From NCBI GenBank assembly GCA_000708835.1, contig DF237456.1:1-64000 (forward strand): 64,000 bases of DNA, read 5' to 3'. Source of the DNA: Klebsormidium nitens (Eukaryota; Plantae; Klebsormidiophyceae). The stretch's first letter is position 1, and each line of letters opens with the position of its first letter. Of the stretch, positions 48,712 through 61,500 are shown piece by piece. The translations under genes and the position numbers were made by a program. The notes beneath the pieces were generated by a model that made no database searches, was not told the origin of the DNA, and worked only from the letters and a program-made list of their open reading frames with translations.

Positions 48712-49555
48712 CAAAAAAAACTGAATGCTGACCCTTGTAGGTTGCAAGGCTGTGAGTTCAGTCCTTTTAATGATTGTTCCTACCTTCTGTCAACGACATT
48801 CAAACACATGCATGTGGTTGAGCAGATTGCCCGGCGACATGGTTGACTCTCCCGCGCCTTAGTACCTTTAGTGTGACAATTTTTAAAACATTAAACTGCC
48901 CGCGTGCCTATCATGAGAGCATGGGATCATGAGCGCCGGGTACCCTGGCCGGCTCTTCGAAGATCAAGTGACCTAGATCTCATGCACACATGAACATCGC
49001 ATGGAAAGCAATCGCGCCATCTTGAGCTCCAGGATTGAACATGCAGATCGTATGCAAAGGCGCCATCGCGCGCATGTCACATGCATATATGCAATATATG
49101 AGCTAGCACAAATCTTTCACAAATTGACCAATAAAAGCTGCCGCAAGTCCTGAGCGGCAAAGCTAGTGCGGCCTTGGCCGCCTATAGCTCAATCTTATAC
49201 GTACTGTGTAGGTATTAGATCTAATCATCTATGCGATACAGTAACGGCTTACTCTGTTGAACTGAGAGACCTGCAGAGAGTCCGGCTCCTCCGATTTGTC
49301 AATTTGTGTCGATCATCTTATTCTAATATAACATACTTTGGATGATCTGCGCTGACATGTACATATGCTGCTTAATGCATGGCCGGACTCAATCAGCCAT
49401 GCATACATGCAATCGAGTTGCATGCTACTCCAAATATTCATAACGTCATGTATAGTTGAAGCGGAATGTTTTCTGTCAGCCCCGAGGGACAGATATTCAT
49501 GTTGAATGGTCATCACAGCGCAGGAAGTTGCTCGAATCTTTTGCATCACAGGACT

Positions 49556-52500
49556 TTAAACCTCGTCCCACTCATGACTTCCAAAACGTACGCCGTAGCA
49601 TGTTCTGTGCATCAGAGCTCTCGCCAACTCGTCTGAGAGGTCTACGTCTAAGAGGTGCGGGCGGACTGCCCTGTCACTCCTTCGCAGACCCTCTTCGCTA
49701 TGCTGTCTCTCCGCCTCAAGAGTGAGCATCTTTCCAAGAAAGCCTGAGTACTCAACATGTGCCATCTGACAGTTGAGGCCCGCAATGCGCCGCGCCGCTG
49801 CCTCGCGGTGAGAAAACTCCCGCAAACTATCATCGACGGTTCTCCTGTTCGCAAAAGTACAGCGATTGATAAGAGCGGACAGAAATCACCCTCCAAGGAC
49901 TTGCGAATGCCTCCAGATCACGAACCAAGACCAACAGGACAGAAGCGGAACTCATTCCGACTCCTCACTGCTCAAGAACAGACGACATCAGTCTTCTGAA
50001 AGCAAGCCTTCTGTCCTCCCCTCTCTTACTCACACTCTATATTCGTCGTCTACGCACCCAGTGGATGACTCTAAGCACTCAACGTATGACGCAGCAAGGA
50101 CATCAAACCCAAACGCCGTGGAGTAGGGTCGCCTATCGTCCTTTCTGTACACAGGAGTGTCCTTTGAACTTGAGCATGCCAAAAAGAAGAGCAGGTCGCT
50201 AAAGCGGACAGCCGATGTCTAACCTGACTCACCTTTCTAGCTTTTGCTGCTCCGCGGTTGCTCCCGTGCGCAAACGCAGCCACGCGCGCTCCCCGGCCCC
50301 CCCTCTTCCCGATAGGAAGCCGCACAGCGCCGCCTCGTCACCTGCTGCGGCCAACAGCTGCCGGCCCCCCGGCTCTAGTTCTCCCTCGCTCTTCGCCCCG
50401 GGTACAGTCACGATGCTGTTCAACTCCACGTCAGAAGCGCCCCCTTTTGGACCAACTGCACCGTGACACGTGTCCAATTTCCAGCGTAGGCTCGCGTAAG
50501 CCAGGCAGGCCGCTGCCTGCCGAGGCACCCCGAGATCCAGCTCGTCGCAGGGGGGGGCGTCCGCTGCAGTTTCACCCCCCCCGGACTGGGACATGAGCTC
50601 GCTGGCCGATAAGTCGTCTGCCAGGCCCCATACGGCAGCGGCGGTTGTTACCGCCTCTCGAGACTCTGCTGACACCAGCACGCGCATCTCGTCTCGTCGA
50701 AGTGGCTCGATCTCCGCCAGTCGCTGCTCAGCTAAAGACGGATAGTCAGGATCACTGGGCATTTCGGACTTTGCCGGCGGCGCTTCGCTCGCGCCCGCGA
50801 CTCCGACGCTAGCTTCGGCTGCATCAACCGGCGCATCGGAAGGAGCACAATCCGCAACAGGCTGGTTACATTCGGCTTGCCAAATCAGCCCGCCGGCGTT
50901 TCTCGACGCCTGCGGTTCCGGCGGAAGAGCATCCCTCGCCGCAGCAACCCGCACGCCCCCCACGATTACGGCAGCAACGCCCTTCGGCTGGGAGCACCGT
51001 TCGACCGGACACTCGACTTTGATCGAAGATCCCCCTCCAGATGCACCGACTCTTGCCCCTTCTGCCCCTCCGTCGGATTTACCCCCCTGCCTGTTTTGTG
51101 GTGCTGTCTGCTCAATGAGGCCCTCCCGCAATTCCTCCTCAATACCCGGGTGCCCCTCCGTCGGCCCAGTCCCTGCTCGCCCGCTTCGCGCCTCATCTTC
51201 GGGTCCCGGCATCTCTACCCGTACGTCAGGCCCCCCTGTTTCTCCTGGCTCTCGCTCTCCCCTGGGAGTTTCGTCTCCTTTTGCGGCGCTCATAATGGAC
51301 ACATCCACTGGGTCCCCCGGCAACTGCTCCTCTTTCTTCCACTTGCTCGCCAGCCGCTTCCCTACGTCTCCCCTTTCCGCAGATCGCTCTTCTTTCCCTT
51401 TCCCTCCTGCAGACGGCTCTTTCACCGGCCCTCCTTCTGCCCTCGTCTGCTCGTCCCCACCGTCTGGTTCCTCCTCTCCTCTCGGACCACCCCCAAGCCG
51501 CGCCTCTCCTTCTCTACCTCTTCCCGCAAAATTCACTTCCATTCCCTCTTTTGGCGGCCCTTCTGGCGCCCCTCTTCCAGCAACGCTCCGCCTAACTTCG
51601 TCCTCCCTTCCCTCCAAACAATCGGCACAGAACCAGTCCCCCTCCGGGACCTCCGCCAAGGGGGGGTCCGCGCAGTACATGTGGAGGGCCCCCTGGCACC
51701 CCCCCCCATCACACAGCAGCATCGCGTCTTCCCCATCTGTGCTGCCGCAGACCCCGCAAGCTTGATCGACCTGAGACTCTTCCAAAGCTTGAGCTAAACT
51801 CTCCGTACGTCCGGTAATCGCCTCAGGCTCCGGAGCTGGACCGTCCGCCGGCGTGACGTCACAGGGCCCTCCGCTGACGTCATCGTCCTCCTCGATCGCC
51901 CGCCGGCGGCCCCTGCGCCCCTTCCGCGCCCCAGGCACGTGTGTATTTTCCAATAGAACCCCAGCCTCGTTACCGCAAAACGACAGCCTCCCAATCGGAA
52001 CGTCCTCCAGATCGTCGAGCAACGCCCCGTCTCCGAAAATTTCCCCAACCTCGTTCTCCGTTTCTGCTGACCTTCGCGCAGCCCGCTTGGCCTCCCGCGC
52101 AAGCCGCCGCCTCTCCGCTACCTCCGCCTTCTCCGTGGCTTTTGCCGCCGCTTTCGCCTCCTGAATCTCTTTCCGGATGCGCGCCGCAGACGCCTCTTCA
52201 GCGTCCAAAACCCCGTAAACCCTCGCCGCCAGAACGGCGGCCGCCCGTTCCGCGACTTGCGCCGCCCGCAGGGTTTGGAGGGTTTGGTGGGCGTCAACGG
52301 CGGCCGCCAGCTGGCAGGGCAGTGCCACGTCAGCGAGCGCGGGCAGGGACCGGTGCCCCGCGTCTAGTTGCAGCTCACGGACCGTACTCGTCGGCCACAG
52401 ACTACGCGGATGCGTAGGTCGTGGACACGTGTCCCGCTCAGGATGACCGTTTTCGCTCGAGCTGCCCACTCTCTGGACCGCCGTTTGGGCCTCCAACCCC

Positions 52501-55500
52501 ATGCTTGCAACCCCGACCGTCCGTTTTGGAGCTTCCGCAACGCTCTTGAGTTCATCCGTCCTTCTGTGAACGCCCGCCGACGCATCTCTTTTGGCAGTTC
52601 CACCAACGGGGGGATCTGGGAGCGCCGCTGTCGCGTGCACGTCCGTCGGCGTCGGCTCCCGGGACCACAGCTGCGCTTGGAGGAGCACCTTGCGCATGTC
52701 GCCTTTGGTTACGCGGACTAACCGCTCCATAACCCAGGGGTCGACCGGAGAGCCTTCGGAGGCCGCGACCTGGCGGAGGAGAACAAAATGATGTTTGCCA
52801 AAGACATTTGCAAGCTAGGACCAAGGCTCGGATAAAGTCTCTGGCTTTGCGGAGCATCACCATAGTTGAGGGTAGGTAGGACGCTTGCGGGGTCGCCAAG
52901 AACTATAAGCCGCTCTTGTTCCGCAGCTTGCAGCGATTGCAGCAAGAATGTTCCAATTTTGTGGTTTCGCGTGCTCTTAACAAATCGATTCGGCTTCTGG
53001 CTGAGCTGCAGAGGTTGGCCCGGAGTCTCCGCCCGGGCACTCGGATTCAGCAGGATACGTTAGCCGGGTGTAATGATCCGAGCACACATGAGCAGCGCGG
53101 CTGTTCAACGGATTCGGTGCAGCACACGATACGCAGCAACATTTTGCGGACAGAGGTGATGCGATCTGCAGCATTACCGCCCTTGCGGTGCTCCACATTC
53201 AACGTTCGAGTGTGCAAAGGTGTCGCACATGCGAACAGCAGGAAAGTGCGCGCGCTTCCCTTACCAGGCAGCCGTGCACCGTCAGATCCAACACCGGCGG
53301 CGCAGCGAAGTCGACGGAGAGCTTGCGGAAGTCACATCCGGGAGGGATCTCAAGCGAGTCTGGAAAGAGAACACGAATGTGAGCTCAAAGTCAACTTCAG
53401 ATTCTCAGAATATGAAACCAAGCTGCGTAAGCTGTCCCTTTCAACGATAAAGCAAGGCCGGGGCCTATGAAGTAGCTGAAAAGGGTGCTTCATTACCGGC
53501 CCGGCCGACGGGAAACCTTTCAGCATACCCAGGACAATAGACGGAAAGCAGCCAAGGACAACAGACGTACAGCAGTCGACAATCAAACAACCATTGGACT
53601 CAACCTGATCAGAAGCTGTCTGCAGCATACAGGGGAAGCTTAGCCAAACTTCACTAAAGTGATTCGTTGCAATTGGGCTGTGTTTCAAAGGCCTTCTGCT
53701 CAAAGTGCTGTTGACGAACACTTTCCAGGGCAAACAATTTTTTGGCAGCGCCCAAAGCGTTTTGGAAACTCAAGAAGCCGGGGTTCGAAGATCGTACCAT
53801 TGCACGTGAGGATCATCGGCCGCTTCGTGCTCGCCGCCAGCGTGGCAATCGCCGACAGGAACCCCTTGTCCTCCTCAAACTGCTGCTCCACCTCCTCGAA
53901 CAGCAACAAAGCCTTGCTGCTGCCGGATCCCCCTTTCGACGGGCCCTTTCCCCCCACATCTGCGTTAACCCCCGCCGGAACAGGGCCTCCTCCTTTTATT
54001 GCAGCCGTGCCCTTCGCTCCTTTGTCCATGCTCGATCGCCTCTTCCCAACCCTCTTTCGCACGGGCCCTTTTTCGGCCGTGTCAATCTCGACCAAAACAG
54101 GGCCTCCCGGAACGACGCTCAGAGGGCCCTGTTCTCCGTCTGGCGAGCAGGGCCTTGTGCGGACCTTCGACAGCACCGCCGGGCTCCCGAAGCTGCGGCG
54201 CTTCTTCACGGGGGGCGACCCTTCCGAGAGCTTCCCGCTTCTTCTCCTTCGGACGCCGTCCGGTTTCCGCTTCCGCCCGTCGGAATCCGTAGGGACACCA
54301 GCGGAGATACCAGCGGCTATCGGCTCCGCTTCGATCGCATCGTTGCCGGTGTGCCCAGCAATTTCCGATTCCTCTGCCATTCCGGGTCTATCATCCGCGG
54401 CCGTCGTGACATTTGCTACCTGCCTGCCTCCTCTCTTAACCTCATCGCCTATAGCCCCGTCTGCCAGCCTATCTGCAAATACCGACGCCCCGGCAACTTT
54501 GCCCCCTGGCGCACTCTCCTTACCCGTCTCTCCTCTTTGCCTACGCTGATACGCCGGAGGAAACGCTCCAGACTCCGCTGCGGCTTTCTCTCCTTTCGGC
54601 ACATCTCGCTCCTCATTCGGCTCCGCTGAAGCCTCCTCTAGTTGTTCCTTCGCCAGTCCCCCATCTCCACTCATTGGCACAGGGATCCCCCGCTCGACGC
54701 CGGTTGCCGGAACATTGCTTCCGCCCCCGTCAGGCCCCGCGTCTCTCGTCCCATTTGGACTTGCGCCTTCTGCTGCGGGTGCCCCCGCCACGTCAGCATC
54801 TTCCAGAGTCCCATCTGCTACCACGTGTCCACCTTCAGCCGCCCGCTGGGCTGCCACGTGTCTCCCTTGGGACGTCTGCTCAGGGGCCTCTGCAATTCCC
54901 TCGGACTCGCTCTTCCCAAGCCCCACAAAAGCGACCGTCTTCCGCCGTTTGCGCGGCCGCTTCGCTCCCCCCAACTCCCCAACCCCGGCTTCCGTTCCAT
55001 TCGCCGCCTCCTCAACCCTCCCGGTTTGAAATTGCGGCTCAGCATCGACCACCGGGTTCTCTCCACCGGTCGCATTCTGGGCAAACTTCCCTTTTCTTCG
55101 ACGCTTGCGACCCTTCCCCCGTGCACCAAAACTACCGCTGCTTTCCGAACCCACAAATGCGCTGACCTCCGAGTCGCTTAACCCTGCTCTTCCGTTGCTA
55201 GCGGCAAAAGGACCGCCAGTGACGTTCGGCCGCTTTCTGGTGTTCCTCTTCGCAGTCGCCGCCTTGGGCTGGCGAGCAACGGCCGTTGCGGTGGCGGACT
55301 TGCGCAAGGTCTCGAGGAGCGCGTTTGAAATTTTGGCGGGGTCAGTCTTCCCCGCAAGTGCAACGTTCCTGCGCGCAAAATGGACAGGCTGTCAGCAAAG
55401 AGCATGACTCTCGGGGAAGGCGAGAGAGGGATGCTGGCTTGGCTGCAAACTGAGGAGAAAGCTTTTTGTTCAAATGAAAAAAGGGTCAAAGGTCGCCTTC

Positions 55501-58500
55501 AAGCGAGCTTCTTGGCCTGTGGCCGAAAACAATACAACATACGTCGTCTGCCCAGCAGCTCTTCTCAAGCAAATTGCGGAAGAGGGGCGGGATCAAAGCC
55601 ACAATGTTCAGAACGGAGTTCAGACCGTGGGAAGGCAATATATCGATTGTGCTGACACACACCTACGCGGCAAGAAAGCCGAGCTTGAGAACGACAAGAG
55701 CTGCATGTGAGCAGATCAGATGCGATCGCGTTGGCACCTCTTTCCAACCGTTTCAAGGCACCGGGTCAGTCATTGCCAAACTCGGTTGAGAAACGCTTAC
55801 CCTTTTATGAGTCCCTTCGACTCTGTGGCCTCTCCGAAGCGTTGCAGGATGGTGGCTCGGCTGCGCTTCTCGGACGGGTTGCTCTGCAAACGTCACATAC
55901 ATTATGCGCAGAGCTTCAGAATCCTCTCAAACCTTTATTTTTGAATCTTCCATAATGGCAGGGTCCTCATCAGGCCAGATCCGACTCTTGAAGCCTCCCG
56001 ACAGGATTGCTGCGATCTCAACTGAAAGCGAAGACAACGGCAGAGCTTTCAATGTAGCACGACTGCGAGCCTTTTGTTGATCCCTATTACTCGGGGACGC
56101 CACATCAGCTCCAATCGATTTACAAGAACGATGCAATGAATAGGTTTATCATCCGACCTGGAGACATTTCGGCGTCTGGCTGTTCGAGCGACTTCGCATC
56201 AGCAGAGAACTCGTCGTTAGTAATTGAGGAGCAATTGCGACCGCTTACCTCCAAAATGTGGAACTCGAGCTCCTCAGCCAGTGCGTACACAGTTGCCGTT
56301 TTTCCGACCTGCGTGTGAGAGACAATCATTATTCAGCGCCTTCAAAGATCTTCAAAGCCGGCTCATCCATTTCGAGGCTGCCGACGGATTTGGTCCCCTC
56401 CTCAGGCGTTCTTTTGAGTATCAATGATATCCAACATATTAATCCGTACCAATCAACCCCGCTTCATGCTGTGAAGAGAAACGCGACCGTTGACAGCCGA
56501 GCAACATCGAAGGCGGACACGGACTGGATCTGTTATGCCCGAGTGGCCAGCCCACCGAACTATAACCTTACTCAAGTCGGAGAACTTTTGCAGAAGGTAA
56601 AGCATCCCTTCACAAGGTCCGAACGAGGCGCACGTCAGCTTGCCAAACGAAAGCAGCAATCACATCGAAACTACCGTTACGGCGTTCTTAAGCGTCTGAT
56701 ATTCTTTCTGACGTACATATGCAAACTTCATGTGAAGAAGCTCACGGCCCGGGAACTAGGAGCAGAAATTTTGCGAGCCCGCTCCACGACACAGAAACCC
56801 GTAAATCGAAGTCCTCGCAACAGCTAGATCAGAGACTTGCAACTTGACCGGTGTTGAAAAGTCACCCCATGGATCTGCTCTGGGAAGCCCGAACTCGAAT
56901 CTTCACAACGCCAGAGCATAAAGAAGCAACTAGAACGAGGAAGCTGGCAGAATGGTGTGGAAAAGTCACCCTCGTGGGTGCGCTCAGGAGCAGCGCGTTC
57001 GCGAGCCTATTCTCATCATCTCTTGTCTTTCTTGGAAGCCGAAGATCGAAGACCTCACAATGTCAGTTCAGAAAGACGCAACGAGAACGGAAAAGCTGGC
57101 AATCAGTAGAAAAGACTCACCCATCCTCATCGTCTCTCGTTTTTCTCGGAAGCCCGGGATCGAAGACCGGACAACACTTGAAAAATACAGGCAACAAAAA
57201 TCGGAAACTGTAAGCATGTGTCCGGAAATTACCCCTGTGGGTCCGCTCAAGAGGAGCACGTTCGCGAGCCCATCCTCATCGTCCCTCAGATCGCTGTCGC
57301 TCGCCCCTCCGCTGACGAGCCAGTCGCTGCTCTCCTCCGACGCCTGCCACTTCTTGGCGGACGCCTTGGGCTTCGGGGGCGGCGGTGACGTCAGCAGCTT
57401 CTTCCTCTGCTCGCGCGCAATCCTGGCCGTCCATTCGGCGAGCCAGTCGCGGATGAAGGTCACACCGTCGGGGTTCCCGCAGACCTGCAAGATGGGTTTT
57501 TAGAATAGTACGATAATTGGTTCTTATGGTGTGTCGCAATAAAGTGGAAAGCCAGAATGCACGAGCTACGTTGGGACATGTCCCAACGTTTCTGGACTGG
57601 CCAAGCCTTTTGTCCCAAGATCAGATTTTAGGACCTTTGGTGTCAGGTGAAATGGTCGGAGAAGCCTAGATCATCAGAACCATCACAGCAGGGGAAGAGA
57701 CACCTGGCAATATAACTTGGGCAGCTAAGTTGCTAATCTTTCTTAACAAGACTTCGGTTGAACAGTGGCCCACCTCTTGGCTTGACAAAGGCCGGTACTT
57801 GTAACACCACAGCGCATCCGTCAGGGGCGCTCCGCTGACGTCCGGGCTGACGCTCTCAGGGCCGAGCTCTGCCTCGTCTGGCTGCGCCTGAACTGCTCGC
57901 GCCTTGTACCACTCAAATCTGCAAGACGTTGAGCCCTTGTTGGATCGTATCGAACAATGTGTATCAGTTGTATCGTCTCGTATGCCAATCAATGTGGTGG
58001 CCACGATGTCGGGAATGGGACGTGCTTTGGCGCATGTCACTTCAATTTAGGTAAAGTAAGCTCTTGGTATAGTAAGCTCCCAGCCTAACACTAAAAACCT
58101 AACCCTCAAAATCACCCGCTCCGCACCCGAACCCACCCTAACCCCCACCCTAACCCCACCCGTCCCAAGCTGCTTGGCTTACTTTACCTGAAGCTTACTT
58201 TACCTAGACGCTTCAGTAAGATTGCGCGACCCCGCGGCCGTCAATCTCGAGTTGGCCCTCACTCTCAGCGGCGTTTGCTCAAGCTTTCAATCAACAAGCA
58301 CGCAGCGTTCCCAACCTGATCGGAAATCTTTGGGAGCCAGTCGACAAGAGGTTTCAGAAGCTTGATTCGGCAAACGTACCACTATCATGTTCACTGTTTG
58401 CACTCCGCAATGAAGAGATGCAAGTGGGGACGAACATAAACGTATATCCACAAAATCCGAAAAATATATTTTTTTGTTTTTGCCACTCTAAACATTTTGA

Positions 58501-61500
58501 CTTCCATCCAAAGACGGCTTCTTAAGCCAGCAAGCACCAATGATCTCCGCTTGGCGGACACAAACGGATAAACGAAACGCTCAAATCTTAGCGCCTAACA
58601 TTGATTTCTGGAACAAATACACACGTGAGGGGGTATTTACAGATTGAAACGTAGGCTATAAAGCAGATAAACGGTCCTACCTCCGTCTCAGCGCCTCCTC
58701 GGTGGTCAGTTGCCGGACGGCTTCGGACGCATCCCCCGAGTCCTCGCCATGACTCTTCGCCTGCTTGGAAAAATGACATCACAATCGGCATCTCGATAAC
58801 TTAATAAGGAGAACCAGTATTTTATGGGACAAACACGCTGCTGCTGTAAAGCGAGGAGGACGGCAAAGCGAAACGTAACTGGCCGCTTATTAGTCTTCAA
58901 AACGCTTCAAAATCATTGGTGGTTCCTTTTGGATGGAGTGCGCTTGAGAACTGACTGAGCGTGGTTGGAAACAGCTACTTCCATCGCACTTGAAAGTCCG
59001 AAGTGTTGAGGGAGCTTCCTGTCAAGGTGACCCTTTTACATACAACCTTGGAAGTTTTCCGTTCTCCAGATTACTCCGTCACAAAGTGGCGAATAATTGG
59101 TTGGACTGCAAACACACCTGTATGAAATCAAGAAGGGCCCCAAGTGCCCTGTCCTGTCGCTGCGCAAGATTCAGCTGGGTCTCACAGCCTGGCACCCTTG
59201 ATCGGCTGGTTGAGGGGTGGGCTGGTTCCAGAAGCCTAACTGGAGCGTGCGTTTCTAAGCGAGCGTTGGACGGAGACGCTGCGGGCGATTGCAACTGGCG
59301 CTCGGGCCACGGCAGAGGAGGCGCGTCCTCCTGCAGAGAGAGTGAGGTTGCGAGGATTGACGTCAGCAAGTGACGTCAGCTAGTGATTTGTGTATTCGCA
59401 ATGCTGCAGGTGCCCTTCTTAACCTGTGCAATGGCATTCTGTCTTTATCGGAGGCCCTGATCCGGGTGTGGAGTGATGGACCGAGATGCCTTACGTATCA
59501 TGCAATCATCAAAAATCCTGATTCCAGGCTGGCTTGCAAAAGTCGTTAAGAACGAAAAGGGGTTGGCTGACGGACAGAGCAACAGTCGGATCCATCTGCT
59601 CACTACACTCTCCGGTGCGCTGCAAAACAGGTTGCAGGTTCCCTCTTCACTTTCGCAAGCAAACAAGTAACTTACGGCAGCTCTGAACACCTTCGAGTCT
59701 CATCCCACTCTCGGCCACTTCTTAAGGTGACCTTTCACAGAGCTCACCTCGTGACGTTGGGTGACGTGAAATGGGTCCAGTGGTGCAAGGGAGGGCTTTG
59801 ACTCCTTAGCTGGCGCTGCCTCTGTTGACGCAGGTGTGACGTCATCCGCCGGCGGTCCCTGCTTCCGCTTGAAGAAGGGGTGGGTGGCCTTGCCGGCATT
59901 CAGCTTGGCGTGGGCCTACCAGAAGAAGTAGAACGAGTAACTCTCGTATCTCTAGTGTGCCCTAACCGCAGAGTGCCTTAAGGAAGACGCCCAGGGGACG
60001 GGTGGGGTTGGCCTGGTGGTTAGGGTGGGTTGGGGTGCGGAGCGCATACGTTTTGGGTTAGGCTGTTTAGTTTGGTGTCTCGGGGTCCCCGAACTGTTAG
60101 GGGCACACAGCTGTTAAGGCACAAAAGAGTTACCAGTATGAACGAGTCACTGCCATATCCCGTCTGAGCGAAGACTGTTCCAAAATCCGGCTTGCTTCTG
60201 TAATTTCAATTGTCGCGAGCTTCGAAACCGCTGTAACGAGGATTTAAAGATGAGGGAAAGCTGTCGTAGAAGGAGGGACGAGCATAGCAAGGAACAAACT
60301 GATCTATCAGGAGTAGACTTCAGTTTCTGATTTCGAGTCGCTCTCCTGCGCCACACTGATCGCGTAAGGAAAACCACATGCATGAGACATCCGGAGTTCT
60401 CATAGCAAACAACATTCTTGAATTTGGAGTCAAACGGAGCACCTACGAAGTATCCAAAGCTTAGCCTTAAGAGAAGGATAGAACCTCGTAACCATTCAGC
60501 AGCAGATGATCGCCACAGGGAACACAGGGAAAAGCAAGAACCCCTACCTCTTGGCTCTCCCTGATCGACGCCCTCAGATCCTCTTGCCTTTTGCGCATGG
60601 TGTCTAGCAGGCTTGGCGGCTTCTGCGTCTCTTCCCTCTCACTCCCACTCAGCACCACCACAACTTCCGTCCCATGTCCCGTCTCCATCTTTGCCTTCCG
60701 AACTCGTCCCCTCTTCTTCTTAGCTGGCGTGCCCCCTTCTGCAGCTTCAGCGCTTGCATCATGCCCATTCTCCATCTCGCTTACACCCTCCGCACTTGAG
60801 GCACCCCGTCTCTTCTCCTTGCTAGCCTTCAGCTTCCTCTCTTCTGCCCCCTTGGCCCGTTCTTCCCTAGCTAAGCGCTTCTTCTCGTCAGCCTGCTTTG
60901 CTTTCTCCTCCCGGGCCCGCTGCCGCTTCTCCTCAGTCTCCCGCTTCTTGTCTTCTTTGGCCTTTACAAGAAGGGCCTCTTTCTCAAGCTTTGCTTGTTC
61001 GGCGGCGGCGGCGGCCTCCTCTTGGAACCTCTTCTCCTCCTTCTTGGCCTCCTGAAGGCGCCGCTTGCGCTCGTTGGCTGTTAGGAAGATGTCCGGCACT
61101 GCACAAATACAAGTGCATTCTTGTAAACTTCCAGAGACTATTCTACAGAGTGACAAGACCGGTGCTAGAGACGAGCAATTTGATTTGCAAACATTTTGCG
61201 GGTTCAGGACGGCCCGAAAAGTGCCGCAGGAGAGTGATTGGAAGTGGAAGGTCTTGAATATGCCAAGCATGAGAGACTTTCGATATCTCTACAAGAGATG
61301 AGGGCGTCAATCAATCCACTGCTGCATCAGCCTCTGCAACTGACATCGACAGGCAAAGCAAAAGATGGTGAAGCTTCCAGCGTAAGAACGCCACTGGTGG
61401 AACGAAAACGTCGGATGCGAGAGTTATGTTCCTTTCTTTGATTGGATGCAAGGTCTGTATTCTAGTGAATGGGAGCTTTCCTGGATTTGAAGAATATTCT

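Noticed and set aside
50877-54629. Several long plus-strand ORFs (50877-51797, 51019-51765, 53659-54549, 53742-54629)
   Set aside because: Antisense shadows of GC-rich ELG1 exons; Pro/Ser/Arg-rich with no domain signal.
58090-58166. Interstitial telomere repeat (CCCTAA-like)
   Set aside because: Motifs are irregular, not a tandem telomeric array, and are better explained as the MITE core.
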